A stretch of DNA of 35,970 bases, from positions 1 to 35,970 of the forward strand of contig JAAWCR010000111.1 of assembly GCA_022793355.1 (NCBI GenBank), written 5' to 3'. Positions 18,131 through 29,836 of the stretch are shown piece by piece (position 1 is the first letter of the stretch; each line of letters begins with the position of its first letter). The translations under genes and the position numbers were made by a program. Below the pieces are notes generated by a model that was not told where the DNA came from, made no database searches, and saw only the letters and a program-made list of their open reading frames with translations. The stretch comes from Lawsonibacter sp. Its GTDB lineage: Bacteria > Bacillota > Clostridia > Oscillospirales > Oscillospiraceae.

Positions 18131-18760
18131 GTGAAGCCTATGGAAATGAGGATTCGTGAAAAGTGGGACTTGCTGTCGGAGCAGACCGGTGCGCTGGCAA
18201 TTCTGGCCGTGATATTCCTGCTGGGCGGGGCGGCAGGGTGTCTGTTCGCATCTCTGTCCGGCGAGGCTGGAGCCCAGGAGCTGAGCAGCTACCTGGCCGG
18301 TTATTTGGCGCTGGCTGGGGAGGAGGGGCTGCCGCGAAGCCTGTGGCCGGTGCTGTGGGGCCAGCTGAAATTTTCCCTGGCTGCCATAGTGCTGGGTCTG
18401 ACAGGACTGGGCGTGGTTGGGCTGCCAGTACTGTTCGGCGTGCGGGGTTTTTTTCTCGCCTTTCCGTCGGCCTGTTTTGTCCGGGTGTTCGGCGTCAGAG
18501 GTTTTTTTCCTTCGTTTCTCCTGTTCGCCCTTCCCGCCCTGCTGTGGGTACCAGGCCTGTTTCTGATGGGAACTCCCGGTTTTCTCTCCGCCCAACGGCA
18601 GCTACGCCGCTCTTTGGGTGAGGGACGGGGGGAGTTTCCCCTCAACGGCTCCTACTGGTCCCGGGCGGGCCTGTGCTTAGGGCTGAGCCTGGCGGCGGGG
18701 CTGTTGGAATACTGGGTGGTCCCGGTCCTGCTTCGTGCGGCGGCCCAGGTGGTTTTGTAA
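18131..18760 (+). CDS. spoIIM: Stage II sporulation protein M-like membrane protein
   Basis: Multi-TM; FLLGGAAG, GLPVLFGVRGFFLAF and AGLLEYWVVP; spoIIM-xerD synteny. Confidence 0.75.
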   Translation: MKPMEMRIREKWDLLSEQTGALAILAVIFLLGGAAGCLFASLSGEAGAQELSSYLAGYLALAGEEGLPRSLWPVLWGQLKFSLAAIVLGLTGLGVVGLPVLFGVRGFFLAFPSACFVRVFGVRGFFPSFLLFALPALLWVPGLFLMGTPGFLSAQRQLRRSLGEGRGEFPLNGSYWSRAGLCLGLSLAAGLLEYWVVPVLLRAAAQVVL

Positions 18761-18778
18761 CGTTGAATCTTAGGAGTT

Positions 18779-19666
18779 TTGGAAGTGTTGGAATTGCTGT
18801 CGGTCTATGAAGATTTTTTAAAAATTGAAAAACAGGCCTCAGCAAACACGGTCAGTTCCTATCTCCGCGACGTTCACCAGTTTGCCGAGGCTATGGACGG
18901 GAGAGGGGTTACCCTCACTCAGGTCATGACCCGGGATGTGGAGGAGTATGCCAACTCCCTGATTAAGCGGGGCAAGTCCCCGGCCACAGTGACCCGGTCG
19001 GTGGCCTCTATCAAATCGCTCTACGCCTGCCTGATCAACAAGGGCTACATGGATCAGAACCCGGCTAAGGGGGTGTCTCCGGCTAAGGTGGAGCGCAAGC
19101 TGCCCCAGGTGCTCACCGGGAAGGAGGTGGAGCTGTTTCTGGAGCAGCCTGAGTGTACCGACCTGAAGGGATACCGGGACCGGGCCATGCTGGAGCTGCT
19201 CTATGCCACCGGCATTCGGGTTAGCGAGCTTATTGAGCTGGATGTGGACGACCTGAATCTGCCTGGCGGCGTGCTCAAGTGCTATAGCAAAGGGAAGGAG
19301 CGCGTCATTCCCCTTTACCCTGCGGCCATTCGGGCACTGAGTGAGTACATAACCAATATCCGGCCCCAGCTGGTGGACTCGATCGATGAGACGGCGCTCT
19401 TTGTCAACATGAACGGCGAGCGCATGAGCCGTCAGGGCTTCTGGAAGCTGATCAAATATTATCAGGAGAAGGCGGGCATCCAAAAGGACATCACTCCCCA
19501 TACCCTTCGCCACTCCTTTGCTGCCCATCTGCTGGAAAATGGAGCGGATTTGCACTCCATTCAGGAAATGCTGGGCCATGCGGACATCTCCTCCACGCAG
19601 ATATACTCTAAGCTTATCAACCAGAAACTCAAGGACGTCTATAAAAAGGCTCACCCCAGGGCCTGA
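18779..19666 (+). CDS. xerD: Tyrosine recombinase XerD/RipX
   Basis: SANTVSSYLRD, RDRAMLELLYATGIRVSE, TPHTLRHSFAAHLLENGAD and MLGHADISSTQIY. Confidence 0.93.
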   Translation: MEVLELLSVYEDFLKIEKQASANTVSSYLRDVHQFAEAMDGRGVTLTQVMTRDVEEYANSLIKRGKSPATVTRSVASIKSLYACLINKGYMDQNPAKGVSPAKVERKLPQVLTGKEVELFLEQPECTDLKGYRDRAMLELLYATGIRVSELIELDVDDLNLPGGVLKCYSKGKERVIPLYPAAIRALSEYITNIRPQLVDSIDETALFVNMNGERMSRQGFWKLIKYYQEKAGIQKDITPHTLRHSFAAHLLENGADLHSIQEMLGHADISSTQIYSKLINQKLKDVYKKAHPRA

Positions 19667-19705
19667 AAAACCCGACCGGCGAAATGCTTCACCGGTCGGG
19701 TTTTT
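19666..19705. terminator. Terminator after xerD
   Basis: AAAAACCCGACCGG ... CCGGTCGGGTTTTT. Confidence 0.8.
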
Positions 19706-19772
19706 GATTGAATTATCCGGAGAAATATGGTAATATAGTAAATTAGAAAAATCAATGGAAGGAGGACGTTCT

Positions 19773-21158
19773 ATGTCCACCACATCTGAATATTTCGAGA
19801 CCCTGCGGGGCCGGTCCATTGCTGTTATCGGCATGGGGGTGAGCAATACCCCTCTGATCCGTATGCTCCTGCGGGCCGAGCTGAGAGTCACTGTCTGTGA
19901 CAAGTCCCCCCGCGAACGGGTGGAAGAGCAGGCGTCTGAGCTGGAAAGCCTGGGCGCAAAGCTGAAAATGGGGCCGGATTACCTTTCCAAAATACACAAA
20001 TTTGATGTAATTTTCCGTACCCCTGGCCTCAGCCCCAACACCCCGGAGCTAAAAAAAGCCGTGGAGGGAGGAAGTATCCTTACCTCGGAGATGGAGTTGT
20101 TTTTCAAGCTGTGTCCCTGCAAAATCATCGGCGTGACCGGAAGCGACGGCAAGACCACCACCACAACCCTTATCAGCGAGTTTTTAAAGGAGGCCAGGCG
20201 CAACGTCTATCTGGGCGGCAACATCGGCCGGCCTCTTCTGCCAGATGTGGACGGCATGACGGCGGAGGACATGGCCGTGGTGGAGTTGTCCTCCTTCCAG
20301 CTGATGAGTATGGACCGCAGCCCAAGCGTGGCGGTATTTACCAATCTGTCTCCCAACCACCTGGACTACCACCACACCATGGAGGAGTATACCCAGGCCA
20401 AGCTGAATATCTTCTGCCACCAGAAGCCGGAGGACCGGGCTATCTTTAACTACGACAACGACATTACCCGGTCTCTGTCCAAGGCCGCTGTGGGACACAC
20501 CATGCTGTTTAGCCGCAAGCAGAGGTTGGAGGAGGGAGTGTACCTCCGGGATGGCGCTATCTGGCTCACCAACAACATGGGCAGCCGGGAGGTCCTGCCG
20601 CTGGCGGACATCCATATCCCCGGTGCGCACAACATCGAAAACTACATGGCGGCCATCGCTGCGGTGGACGGCATCGTGCCGGACAAGTGTGTCCGGGCAG
20701 TGGCCCAGCGGTTTATCGGAGTGGAACACCGTATCGAGCTGGTGCGGGAGCTGGATGGGGTAAAATACTACAACGATTCTATTGGTACCAGTCCCACCCG
20801 AACCATGGCATGCCTGGATTCCTTTGAGCAAAAGCTCATCCTCATTGCGGGTGGATACGACAAGGGAGTTCCCTTTACACAGCTTGGCTTGGCTATGGTG
20901 GAGAAGGTAAAGGTACTGATTCTCACCGGAGACACAGCCACTGCCATCAAAAAGGCAGTGGAGGAGGCCGAGGGCTATGCGGAAAGCGGCCTTCAGCTCA
21001 TTGAGACTAAGGACCTGGCTGCCGCTGTGTCTGCCGCCTGGGAGATTGCCCGGGAGGGAGATGTGGTGGTGCTGTCTCCAGCCTGTGCCGCCTTCGATCG
21101 GTTCAAAAACTTTATGGAGCGGGGCAAGGTGTTTAAGCAGTTGGTGAATGCACTATAA
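19773..21158 (+). CDS. murD: UDP-N-acetylmuramoyl-L-alanine--D-glutamate ligase
   Basis: GVTGSDGKTTT, GGNIG, ELSSFQL, NHLDYH, YNDS and LSPACAAFD; RBS GGAGGA before ATG 19773. Confidence 0.96.
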   Translation: MSTTSEYFETLRGRSIAVIGMGVSNTPLIRMLLRAELRVTVCDKSPRERVEEQASELESLGAKLKMGPDYLSKIHKFDVIFRTPGLSPNTPELKKAVEGGSILTSEMELFFKLCPCKIIGVTGSDGKTTTTTLISEFLKEARRNVYLGGNIGRPLLPDVDGMTAEDMAVVELSSFQLMSMDRSPSVAVFTNLSPNHLDYHHTMEEYTQAKLNIFCHQKPEDRAIFNYDNDITRSLSKAAVGHTMLFSRKQRLEEGVYLRDGAIWLTNNMGSREVLPLADIHIPGAHNIENYMAAIAAVDGIVPDKCVRAVAQRFIGVEHRIELVRELDGVKYYNDSIGTSPTRTMACLDSFEQKLILIAGGYDKGVPFTQLGLAMVEKVKVLILTGDTATAIKKAVEEAEGYAESGLQLIETKDLAAAVSAAWEIAREGDVVVLSPACAAFDRFKNFMERGKVFKQLVNAL

Positions 21159-21185
21159 TTGAAACAGATAGGACTGACAAGTAAA

Positions 21186-22436
21186 ATGCACTTACAGATT
21201 AACGACCGCATCAAGGCTCTGGGCAGCCAGGCTCAGAGTCAGTTGACAGAGGAATTTTCCCGCATCGACGCCATCGCGGAAGGGAATACCGCCCGGGTTT
21301 TGTCCGCATTCCAGAAGCATCGGGTAGCCGACGGCTATTTTGCCGGCACAACTGGTTATGGCTACGACGACTTAGGACGGGATAAGCTGGACGAGATTTA
21401 TGCTGATCTTTTTGGCACAGAGGCGGCGCTGGTACGTATCCAGTTTGTCAACGGAACCCACGCCATCGCCTGCGCCCTGTTCGGAGCGCTGAAAAGCGGT
21501 GATGTACTGCTGTCTGCCGTGGGCGCACCCTATGATACCCTGCTGGGTGTGGTGGGGGCGGTGGACAAAGGCCCGGGCTCCTTAAAGGACTACGGTGTAG
21601 AGTATCGGCAAGTAGAACTCCTTGACAATAAACCCGACCTGGAGGGGTTGGCAAGAGCCGCCGCCGACCCCCAGGTGAAGGCGGTGCTCATTCAGCGCTC
21701 CAAGGGCTACTCCACCCGTGTATCCCTGTCTGTGGCGGAAATTGGGGAGATGTGTCAAGTTATAAGAGGTGCTAACCCTGGCGCCGCCATTCTGGTAGAC
21801 AACTGCTACGGCGAGTTTGTGGAGGCCCTTGAGCCCACCCATGCGGGGGCCGACCTGGTGGTGGGCTCCCTAATTAAGAATCCGGGGGGCGGTCTGGCCC
21901 CTACCGGAGGCTACATTGCCGGCCGGCGGGACCTGGTGGAGGGGGCTGCTATGCGGCTCACTGTCCCTGGCATTGGGGGGGAGTGCGGCTGTACCTTGGG
22001 TCAAAATCGACTGCTCTATCAGGGGCTATTCCTGGCCCCCCATACGGTGGCGCAGGCAGTAAAAACCGCAGTCTTCGCCGCTAAGGTGATGGAACTGCTG
22101 GGGTATGAGACGGAGCCCCACTCCTCAGCGATACGCCACGATATCATTCAGATGATTCACATGCGTCAGCCAGAGGCCTTGCGGAAATTCTGCAAGGGGA
22201 TCCAGTTCGGTGCGCCGGTGGACTCCTATGTCACTCCAGAGCCCTGGGATATGCCGGGTTATGACTGTCAAGTGATTATGGCTGCCGGGGCCTTCATTCA
22301 GGGGGCCTCCATCGAGCTGTCCGCCGACGCCCCCATGCGTGAGCCCTACACCGTCTACCTCCAGGGCGGTCTGACCTTTGAGTCGGGCAAACTGGGCGTT
22401 CTTCTGGCGGTTCAGGAGCTGCTGGGGAACTCATGA
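21186..22436 (+). CDS. Methionine gamma-lyase-like / aluminium resistance (YnbB-type) PLP protein
   Basis: GYGYDDLGRD, GTHAI, DNCYGEFVE, GSLIKNPGGG and SIELSADAP. Confidence 0.9.
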   Translation: MHLQINDRIKALGSQAQSQLTEEFSRIDAIAEGNTARVLSAFQKHRVADGYFAGTTGYGYDDLGRDKLDEIYADLFGTEAALVRIQFVNGTHAIACALFGALKSGDVLLSAVGAPYDTLLGVVGAVDKGPGSLKDYGVEYRQVELLDNKPDLEGLARAAADPQVKAVLIQRSKGYSTRVSLSVAEIGEMCQVIRGANPGAAILVDNCYGEFVEALEPTHAGADLVVGSLIKNPGGGLAPTGGYIAGRRDLVEGAAMRLTVPGIGGECGCTLGQNRLLYQGLFLAPHTVAQAVKTAVFAAKVMELLGYETEPHSSAIRHDIIQMIHMRQPEALRKFCKGIQFGAPVDSYVTPEPWDMPGYDCQVIMAAGAFIQGASIELSADAPMREPYTVYLQGGLTFESGKLGVLLAVQELLGNS

Positions 22437-22463
22437 GACCGATAAATTGGAATCTCTGGAGGT

Positions 22464-22685
22464 ATGGATATGAAAAATATTTGGCGATATATTTTGTCAG
22501 GCATTGCAGTCGCGATTGGCGGAATGTTTGTATCTGATATCGCGGGGAATTTTTTTAATGGTATGGGGGGCTATGGCTTTGGATGTATTTTGGGCATCTG
22601 TATGTACCTGTGTGTAGTCATTGTGACTTGCACAGGAATCATTATAACAAAGTTCAATAAAGACACGCATTCTAAGAAGGAATAG
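22464..22685 (+). CDS. Small two-TM membrane protein
   Basis: GGAGG RBS; two hydrophobic helices; AT-rich. Confidence 0.6.
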   Translation: MDMKNIWRYILSGIAVAIGGMFVSDIAGNFFNGMGGYGFGCILGICMYLCVVIVTCTGIIITKFNKDTHSKKE

Positions 22686-22737
22686 GTCAAGCCGCTTCAC
22701 GAATATCCTTACCTTATAAATAATAGGAGGTGAGGGT

Positions 22738-23442
22738 ATGAGGCCGTGGCGGCGAGAATTTGCCAGGTATGTGCGCAGGCCGCTAAATCGAAGAAGTCAG
22801 ATCTGGACAGGACCAGGTCCTACTTGGCGTATCCCTCCGACCCTTATCACCTTGGCCGTGGCCCTGCTGGTGGCCCTGTCTATAATCTCCCTGCTGGAGG
22901 CCAAGCTGCGCCCAGTGGTGGCCGAGATTGCCTCCGCCCAGGCGCAGAACACCATGACCGCAGTGATAGAAAACGCCGTCACTGCCGACCTGGCCGACCG
23001 TCAGGTGGGTTATGTTGATTTTGTATCTATCCAGCGGGATGAGGGGGGCGCTATCACCGCCCTTACCACTAACATGGCGCAGATGAATCTGCTCCGGGTG
23101 GAGCTCACTGCCGCTATTCTGCGGGCCCTGGACGGGGTGGATGTATCGGACATTCAGGTTCCCCTGGGCAGTCTTTTTGACTTGGAGCCGCTTTGGGCCA
23201 AGGGCCCCACACTGAGAGCCCGGGCCATGACCGTTGGAACGGTACGGGCGGAATTTGACAGCCAATTTACCTCCGCCGGTGTGAATCAGACCCTTCACCG
23301 TATTTGGATGGAGGTTGTGGTGCCCATGACTCTGCTGCTGCCTGGCGGCGAGGTGGAGGTTTCGGTCAATACCCGGCTGTGCGTGGCGGAGACTGTGATT
23401 GTAGGCCGGGTTCCAGATACCTATTTGCAGTTAGCCCAGTAA
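22738..23442 (+). CDS. yunB: Sporulation protein YunB
   Basis: N-terminal TM; VPLGSL, FTSAGVNQTLHRI and ETVIVGRVPDTY. Confidence 0.92.
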   Translation: MRPWRREFARYVRRPLNRRSQIWTGPGPTWRIPPTLITLAVALLVALSIISLLEAKLRPVVAEIASAQAQNTMTAVIENAVTADLADRQVGYVDFVSIQRDEGGAITALTTNMAQMNLLRVELTAAILRALDGVDVSDIQVPLGSLFDLEPLWAKGPTLRARAMTVGTVRAEFDSQFTSAGVNQTLHRIWMEVVVPMTLLLPGGEVEVSVNTRLCVAETVIVGRVPDTYLQLAQ

Positions 23443-23468
23443 TAAACGAAGGACAGGAGTATATTGGT

Positions 23469-26118
<2,650 letters not shown>

Positions 26119-26144
26119 GGCGGATAGAAAAGGGGAGAGGCGCG

Positions 26145-27089
26145 TTGAAAAAGGGATATTTTTATATCGCCGTGGCGGTGGTAATGTTCACCTCCTTCGA
26201 GGTGGTGCTGAAGTTTATCGCCGGACAAATCAATCCGGTCCAGCTGACCCTGTGCCGGTTTGCCATTGGTTTCGTGTTTCTGTTGCCGGTGGCCCTGCAC
26301 AACCTAAAAAAGCGCGGAAGGAAGCTGGACCTGAGGAGTATGGTTTATTTCGCTTTGCTGGGATTCATTGGAATCGCCCTGTGTATGCCAATTCTGCAAA
26401 TGGCGGTGAACTACATCGGCTCCTCAGTGTCGGCGCTGATGTTCAGCTGTAACCCGGTTTTTGTGGCGTTTCTGGCCTTTTTCCTGTTGAAAGAGCCCAT
26501 TAAGCCCCGACATATTGCCGCACTGGCCCTGGAGATTGCCGGTACGGTGGTCATTATCAGCCCCTGGGATACTGAGCTGAACTTGACCGGCGCGGCATTG
26601 GCCCTGCTGTCTACCCTGCTGTTTTCCATCTACGGTGTGCTGGGAAAGCGGAAGGTCGCTGAGTTCGGTGGGGCAGTGGTCACCTGTTTCAGTTTCCTGT
26701 TTGGCAGCTTGATTGTTCTGGTATTTATTTTCCTCACCCATATTTCAGCGGTGTCCCATATGTTTCAGAGCATGGGACTGAACAGCTTTGCGGATATCCC
26801 CGTTTTTGCCGGGTACACCCCGGAAAATCTGCCCTATGTGCTCTTTGTGTCTGTGGGCGTGGCGGGCATTGGGTTTTGCGCCTACTTCTTGGCAATGGAG
26901 TATGAGCCGGCCAGCGTGGTGTCGCTGGTATACTTTTTCAAGCCCGCCCTGTCTCCCATTCTGGCTTGGATGGTTCATGGAGAGGAGATATCCCAAACCA
27001 TGCTTTTCGGCATAGTCCTCATTGTGGCCGGATCCCTGTGCTCCATCATTCCGGGGATTCTGGAGTCCAAGCGGATAAAAACCTCTTGA
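26145..27089 (+). CDS. DMT/EamA family transporter
   Basis: About 10 TM helices with two EamA-like halves (NPVFVAFLAFFLLKE; PILAWMVHGE). Confidence 0.88.
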   Translation: MKKGYFYIAVAVVMFTSFEVVLKFIAGQINPVQLTLCRFAIGFVFLLPVALHNLKKRGRKLDLRSMVYFALLGFIGIALCMPILQMAVNYIGSSVSALMFSCNPVFVAFLAFFLLKEPIKPRHIAALALEIAGTVVIISPWDTELNLTGAALALLSTLLFSIYGVLGKRKVAEFGGAVVTCFSFLFGSLIVLVFIFLTHISAVSHMFQSMGLNSFADIPVFAGYTPENLPYVLFVSVGVAGIGFCAYFLAMEYEPASVVSLVYFFKPALSPILAWMVHGEEISQTMLFGIVLIVAGSLCSIIPGILESKRIKTS

Positions 27090-27116
27090 CTTAAAGGGTA
27101 CTTTATGTGATATAGT
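27086..27116 (+). promoter_or_regulatory. MerR-type promoter/operator
   Basis: TTGACT-N19-TATAGT with dyad TAAAG-GGTA-CTTTA in the spacer. Confidence 0.65.
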
Positions 27117-27149
27117 TCTGATATCATTATGTAAAAAGGAGACTCAACC

Positions 27150-28280
27150 ATGGAGAGAGCAAAGGTTTATTTTACCGATTTTCACACAGAGGCCTTTGGC
27201 GACAGCCTACCTACCAAACTGAAAAAGCTTATTTTGAAAGCGGGCATACAAGAGCTGGAGCTGGATGGCAAATTTGTGGCCATTAAAATGCACTTTGGTG
27301 AGCTGGGCAATATCAGCTATCTGCGGCCTAACTATGCCCGTGTGGTGGTGGACGTGGTCAAGGAGCTTGGGGGAAAGCCCTTCCTCACCGATTGCAACAC
27401 CATGTACCCCGGCAGCCGGAAGAACGCTCTGGAGCATCTGGAGTGTGCATGGCAAAATGGCTTTACACCCCTTACCGTAGGCTGCCCCATCCTGATTGGC
27501 GACGGCTTGAAGGGCACTGACGATGTGGAGGTCCCCGTGGAAGGCGGCGAGTATGTGGATAAGGCCAAAATCGGCCGGGCCGTGATGGATGCCGACGTTT
27601 TTATCAGCCTGACCCACTTTAAGGGACACGAAATGACTGGTTTTGGCGGGACAATTAAAAACATCGGAATGGGCTGCGGCTCACGGGCGGGGAAGAAGGA
27701 GCAACACGCCAGCGGCAAACCTAAAATCAGTCAGAAAAAGTGCCGGGGCTGCATGCGCTGTCAAAAGGAATGCGCGAACAGCGGACTGATATTTGATGAA
27801 CAGACCCGGAAAATGTGTGTGGATGATGCCCACTGTGTAGGCTGTGGCCGTTGTCTGGGAGCCTGTAATTTTGACGCTATCTATTTTGAAAACGACAACG
27901 CCCAAGCGGCGCTCAATTGTCGCATGGCGGAGTATACCAAGGCGGTAGTATCCGGCCGTCCTCAGTTCCACATCTCCTTGATTGTGGATGTATCCCCCAA
28001 CTGCGACTGTCACGCTGAAAACGATGTGCCCATCCTGCCCAATATTGGCATGTTTGCCTCGACCGACCCTCTGGCCCTGGATCAGGCCTGTGTGGATGCC
28101 TGTATGGCAGCCGAGCCCATGCCAGGCAGTCAGCTGGCCAAGCACCTGGCTGACCCGGAGTTCCACGACCACCACGATCACTTCACCAACTCCACCCCAG
28201 AGTCAGAGTGGCGCAGCTGCCTGGCCCACGCCGAGAAGATTGGTCTGGGCTCTCGGGAATATGAGCTGATTAAAATGTAA
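27150..28280 (+). CDS. DUF362-domain 4Fe-4S protein
   Basis: KMHFGE.GN, HFKGHE..GFGG.IKN.GMGC, two CxxCxxCxxxC clusters, CDC. Confidence 0.9.
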   Translation: MERAKVYFTDFHTEAFGDSLPTKLKKLILKAGIQELELDGKFVAIKMHFGELGNISYLRPNYARVVVDVVKELGGKPFLTDCNTMYPGSRKNALEHLECAWQNGFTPLTVGCPILIGDGLKGTDDVEVPVEGGEYVDKAKIGRAVMDADVFISLTHFKGHEMTGFGGTIKNIGMGCGSRAGKKEQHASGKPKISQKKCRGCMRCQKECANSGLIFDEQTRKMCVDDAHCVGCGRCLGACNFDAIYFENDNAQAALNCRMAEYTKAVVSGRPQFHISLIVDVSPNCDCHAENDVPILPNIGMFASTDPLALDQACVDACMAAEPMPGSQLAKHLADPEFHDHHDHFTNSTPESEWRSCLAHAEKIGLGSREYELIKM

Positions 28281-28319
28281 AGGGGAATAGCCTGTCAGTA
28301 AATCCTCATGAAAAACAGA

Positions 28320-28349
28320 GGACACCGCAAGTTTTTGCGGTGTCCTTTT
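28320..28349. terminator. Bidirectional terminator between convergent genes
   Basis: GGACACCGCAA ... TTGCGGTGTCC followed by TTTT. Confidence 0.8.
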
Positions 28350-28371
28350 CTTGTCTATCCAACAATGTGCT

Positions 28372-28737
28372 TCACTTCTTTTTTCCACTATCCTCCTCTG
28401 TGAAGGTATTTTTCAGCAACAAGTCTATCATAAATACCGACACGCAAAACAGCACCATCTGACCTATGATAAGCCATAGCCAAATGGAGGCGTAATTCGC
28501 CTGAAAGAGGACCATTAAAAAAGCGCTGGCTCCACCGCTGATGACCCCGATACGCACCCATAATCTGGCACAGTGGTGATGGGCCGCCATCCAGGCATCC
28601 GGGTCCTTTCGGGTTAGTTCTGTGTTGTAGGCCAATCCGGTGGACTGATAGGGGGGAGGTGAAATTTTCCACAGCAGCCCCACAAGCAGCATAGCAGCTG
28701 GAGACAGCATGACGACAATAAAATATGGGATATACAT
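28372..28737 (-). CDS. SdpI-like small membrane protein
   Basis: Three TM helices; P...GLAYNT....DPDAW.AAH resembles the SdpI motif GYRT..W..AH. Confidence 0.7.
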   Translation of the reverse strand: MYIPYFIVVMLSPAAMLLVGLLWKISPPPYQSTGLAYNTELTRKDPDAWMAAHHHCARLWVRIGVISGGASAFLMVLFQANYASIWLWLIIGQMVLFCVSVFMIDLLLKNTFTEEDSGKKK

Positions 28738-28761
28738 CTGCCTGCCTCACTTTCTGGTGAA

Positions 28762-29757
28762 TCACTGAGAATCCGGCTCTTTTTCCGGCTTTTTTTTCTG
28801 GCGCACACGGCTTAGCGGATTGGCCCGGGCGGCAGTACGCAAATCCTCGTTGTCCACATGGGTGTAAATTTGGGTGGTGTTCAGGTGGTCGTGGCCCAGC
28901 ACCTCCTGAAGGGTGCGTACATCCACACCGTTCTGGAGCATCAGGGTGGCGGCGGTGTGTCGCAGCTTGTGGGAGGAGTATTGGCTGCTGTCCAGTCCGG
29001 CTGCGGCCAGATGCTTTTTGACCAGCTTGTGGACCGCAGCCGTAGAGATACGCCTCCGGTTCTGAAGGGTAACAAAGAGGGCGTTTTGGTCTACCAGCGT
29101 CAAGGAATCCCGTTCAGTGAGCCAGTTCTCCAGCGCCCGCTGACAGGCGTCGTTGAGATACAGCATTCGCTCCTTGTTACCCTTGCCCAGCACTCGGAGC
29201 TGATCGCCCCGAACATCTGTTTTGTTCAACCCTACCAGTTCAGAAATACGTAGACCGCAATTGAGGAACAGTGCCAGAATGCAATAGTCCCGGCTGAAGT
29301 TTTTACCGTCAACACTGTCCAAAAGCTCCAAACTTTCTTCTAAATTCAGATATTTGGGTAAGGATTTTTTCAATCTGGGCGAATCCAAGTCCTGGACCGG
29401 GTTGACTTCAAGTAGCTTGGCCTTATTGGTAAGATACTTGTAGAACGACCGGATAGTGGCAACTTTGCGGGCTCGCGAGGTGTTGTTCAGCCCACGGTCT
29501 CGAGACAGATAGTTCATATAGGAATAGATATCCGTCAGTGTGATATTTCGGGCCAGATCCAAGTCAACGTCGGCGATGGAGATATCATCCAGCGGAACAT
29601 CCTTGGAAACCAACTGTTTACTCTGCTTGAGGTAGCGGAAAAAATTCCGGAGGTCTAAATAGTATTCGTCAACCGTCCGCCGTGAGTGACCTTGGATGGT
29701 CTCATGGTAAACAAGGAAATCCCGAAGGATAGGCGGTGCTTCCGTACGGTAGTCCAT
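28762..29757 (-). CDS. Chromosomal Xer-family tyrosine recombinase (clostridial XerC/XerS-like)
   Basis: LRDFLVYHETIQGHS..TVDEYYLDLR, RDYCILALFLNCGLRISEL, GKGNKER, HKLRHTAAT and LGH...NTTQIY. Confidence 0.9.
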   Translation of the reverse strand: MDYRTEAPPILRDFLVYHETIQGHSRRTVDEYYLDLRNFFRYLKQSKQLVSKDVPLDDISIADVDLDLARNITLTDIYSYMNYLSRDRGLNNTSRARKVATIRSFYKYLTNKAKLLEVNPVQDLDSPRLKKSLPKYLNLEESLELLDSVDGKNFSRDYCILALFLNCGLRISELVGLNKTDVRGDQLRVLGKGNKERMLYLNDACQRALENWLTERDSLTLVDQNALFVTLQNRRRISTAAVHKLVKKHLAAAGLDSSQYSSHKLRHTAATLMLQNGVDVRTLQEVLGHDHLNTTQIYTHVDNEDLRTAARANPLSRVRQKKKPEKEPDSQ

Positions 29758-29808
29758 ATAAGGTAAATGGCTTGTCAGACGCAAAATGAGTGGTTCTACC
29801 TCCACTCA

Positions 29809-29836
29809 GGTCAACAAAATTTTTATTTTGTTGACC
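29809..29836. other. Palindromic 11-6-11 dif-like recombination site (candidate attL)
   Basis: GGTCAACAAAA-TTTTTA-TTTTGTTGACC has perfect inverted arms (extendable with TCA/TGA) and lies ~50 bp upstream of the xer gene. Confidence 0.7.

Noticed and set aside
28762-29757. Tyrosine recombinase as the prophage's own integrase
   Set aside because: It resembles the conserved chromosomal clostridial Xer family, is co-oriented with a host-like SdpI gene and lies outside the repeat-bounded segment. This is disfavoured but not fully excluded without comparative genomes.
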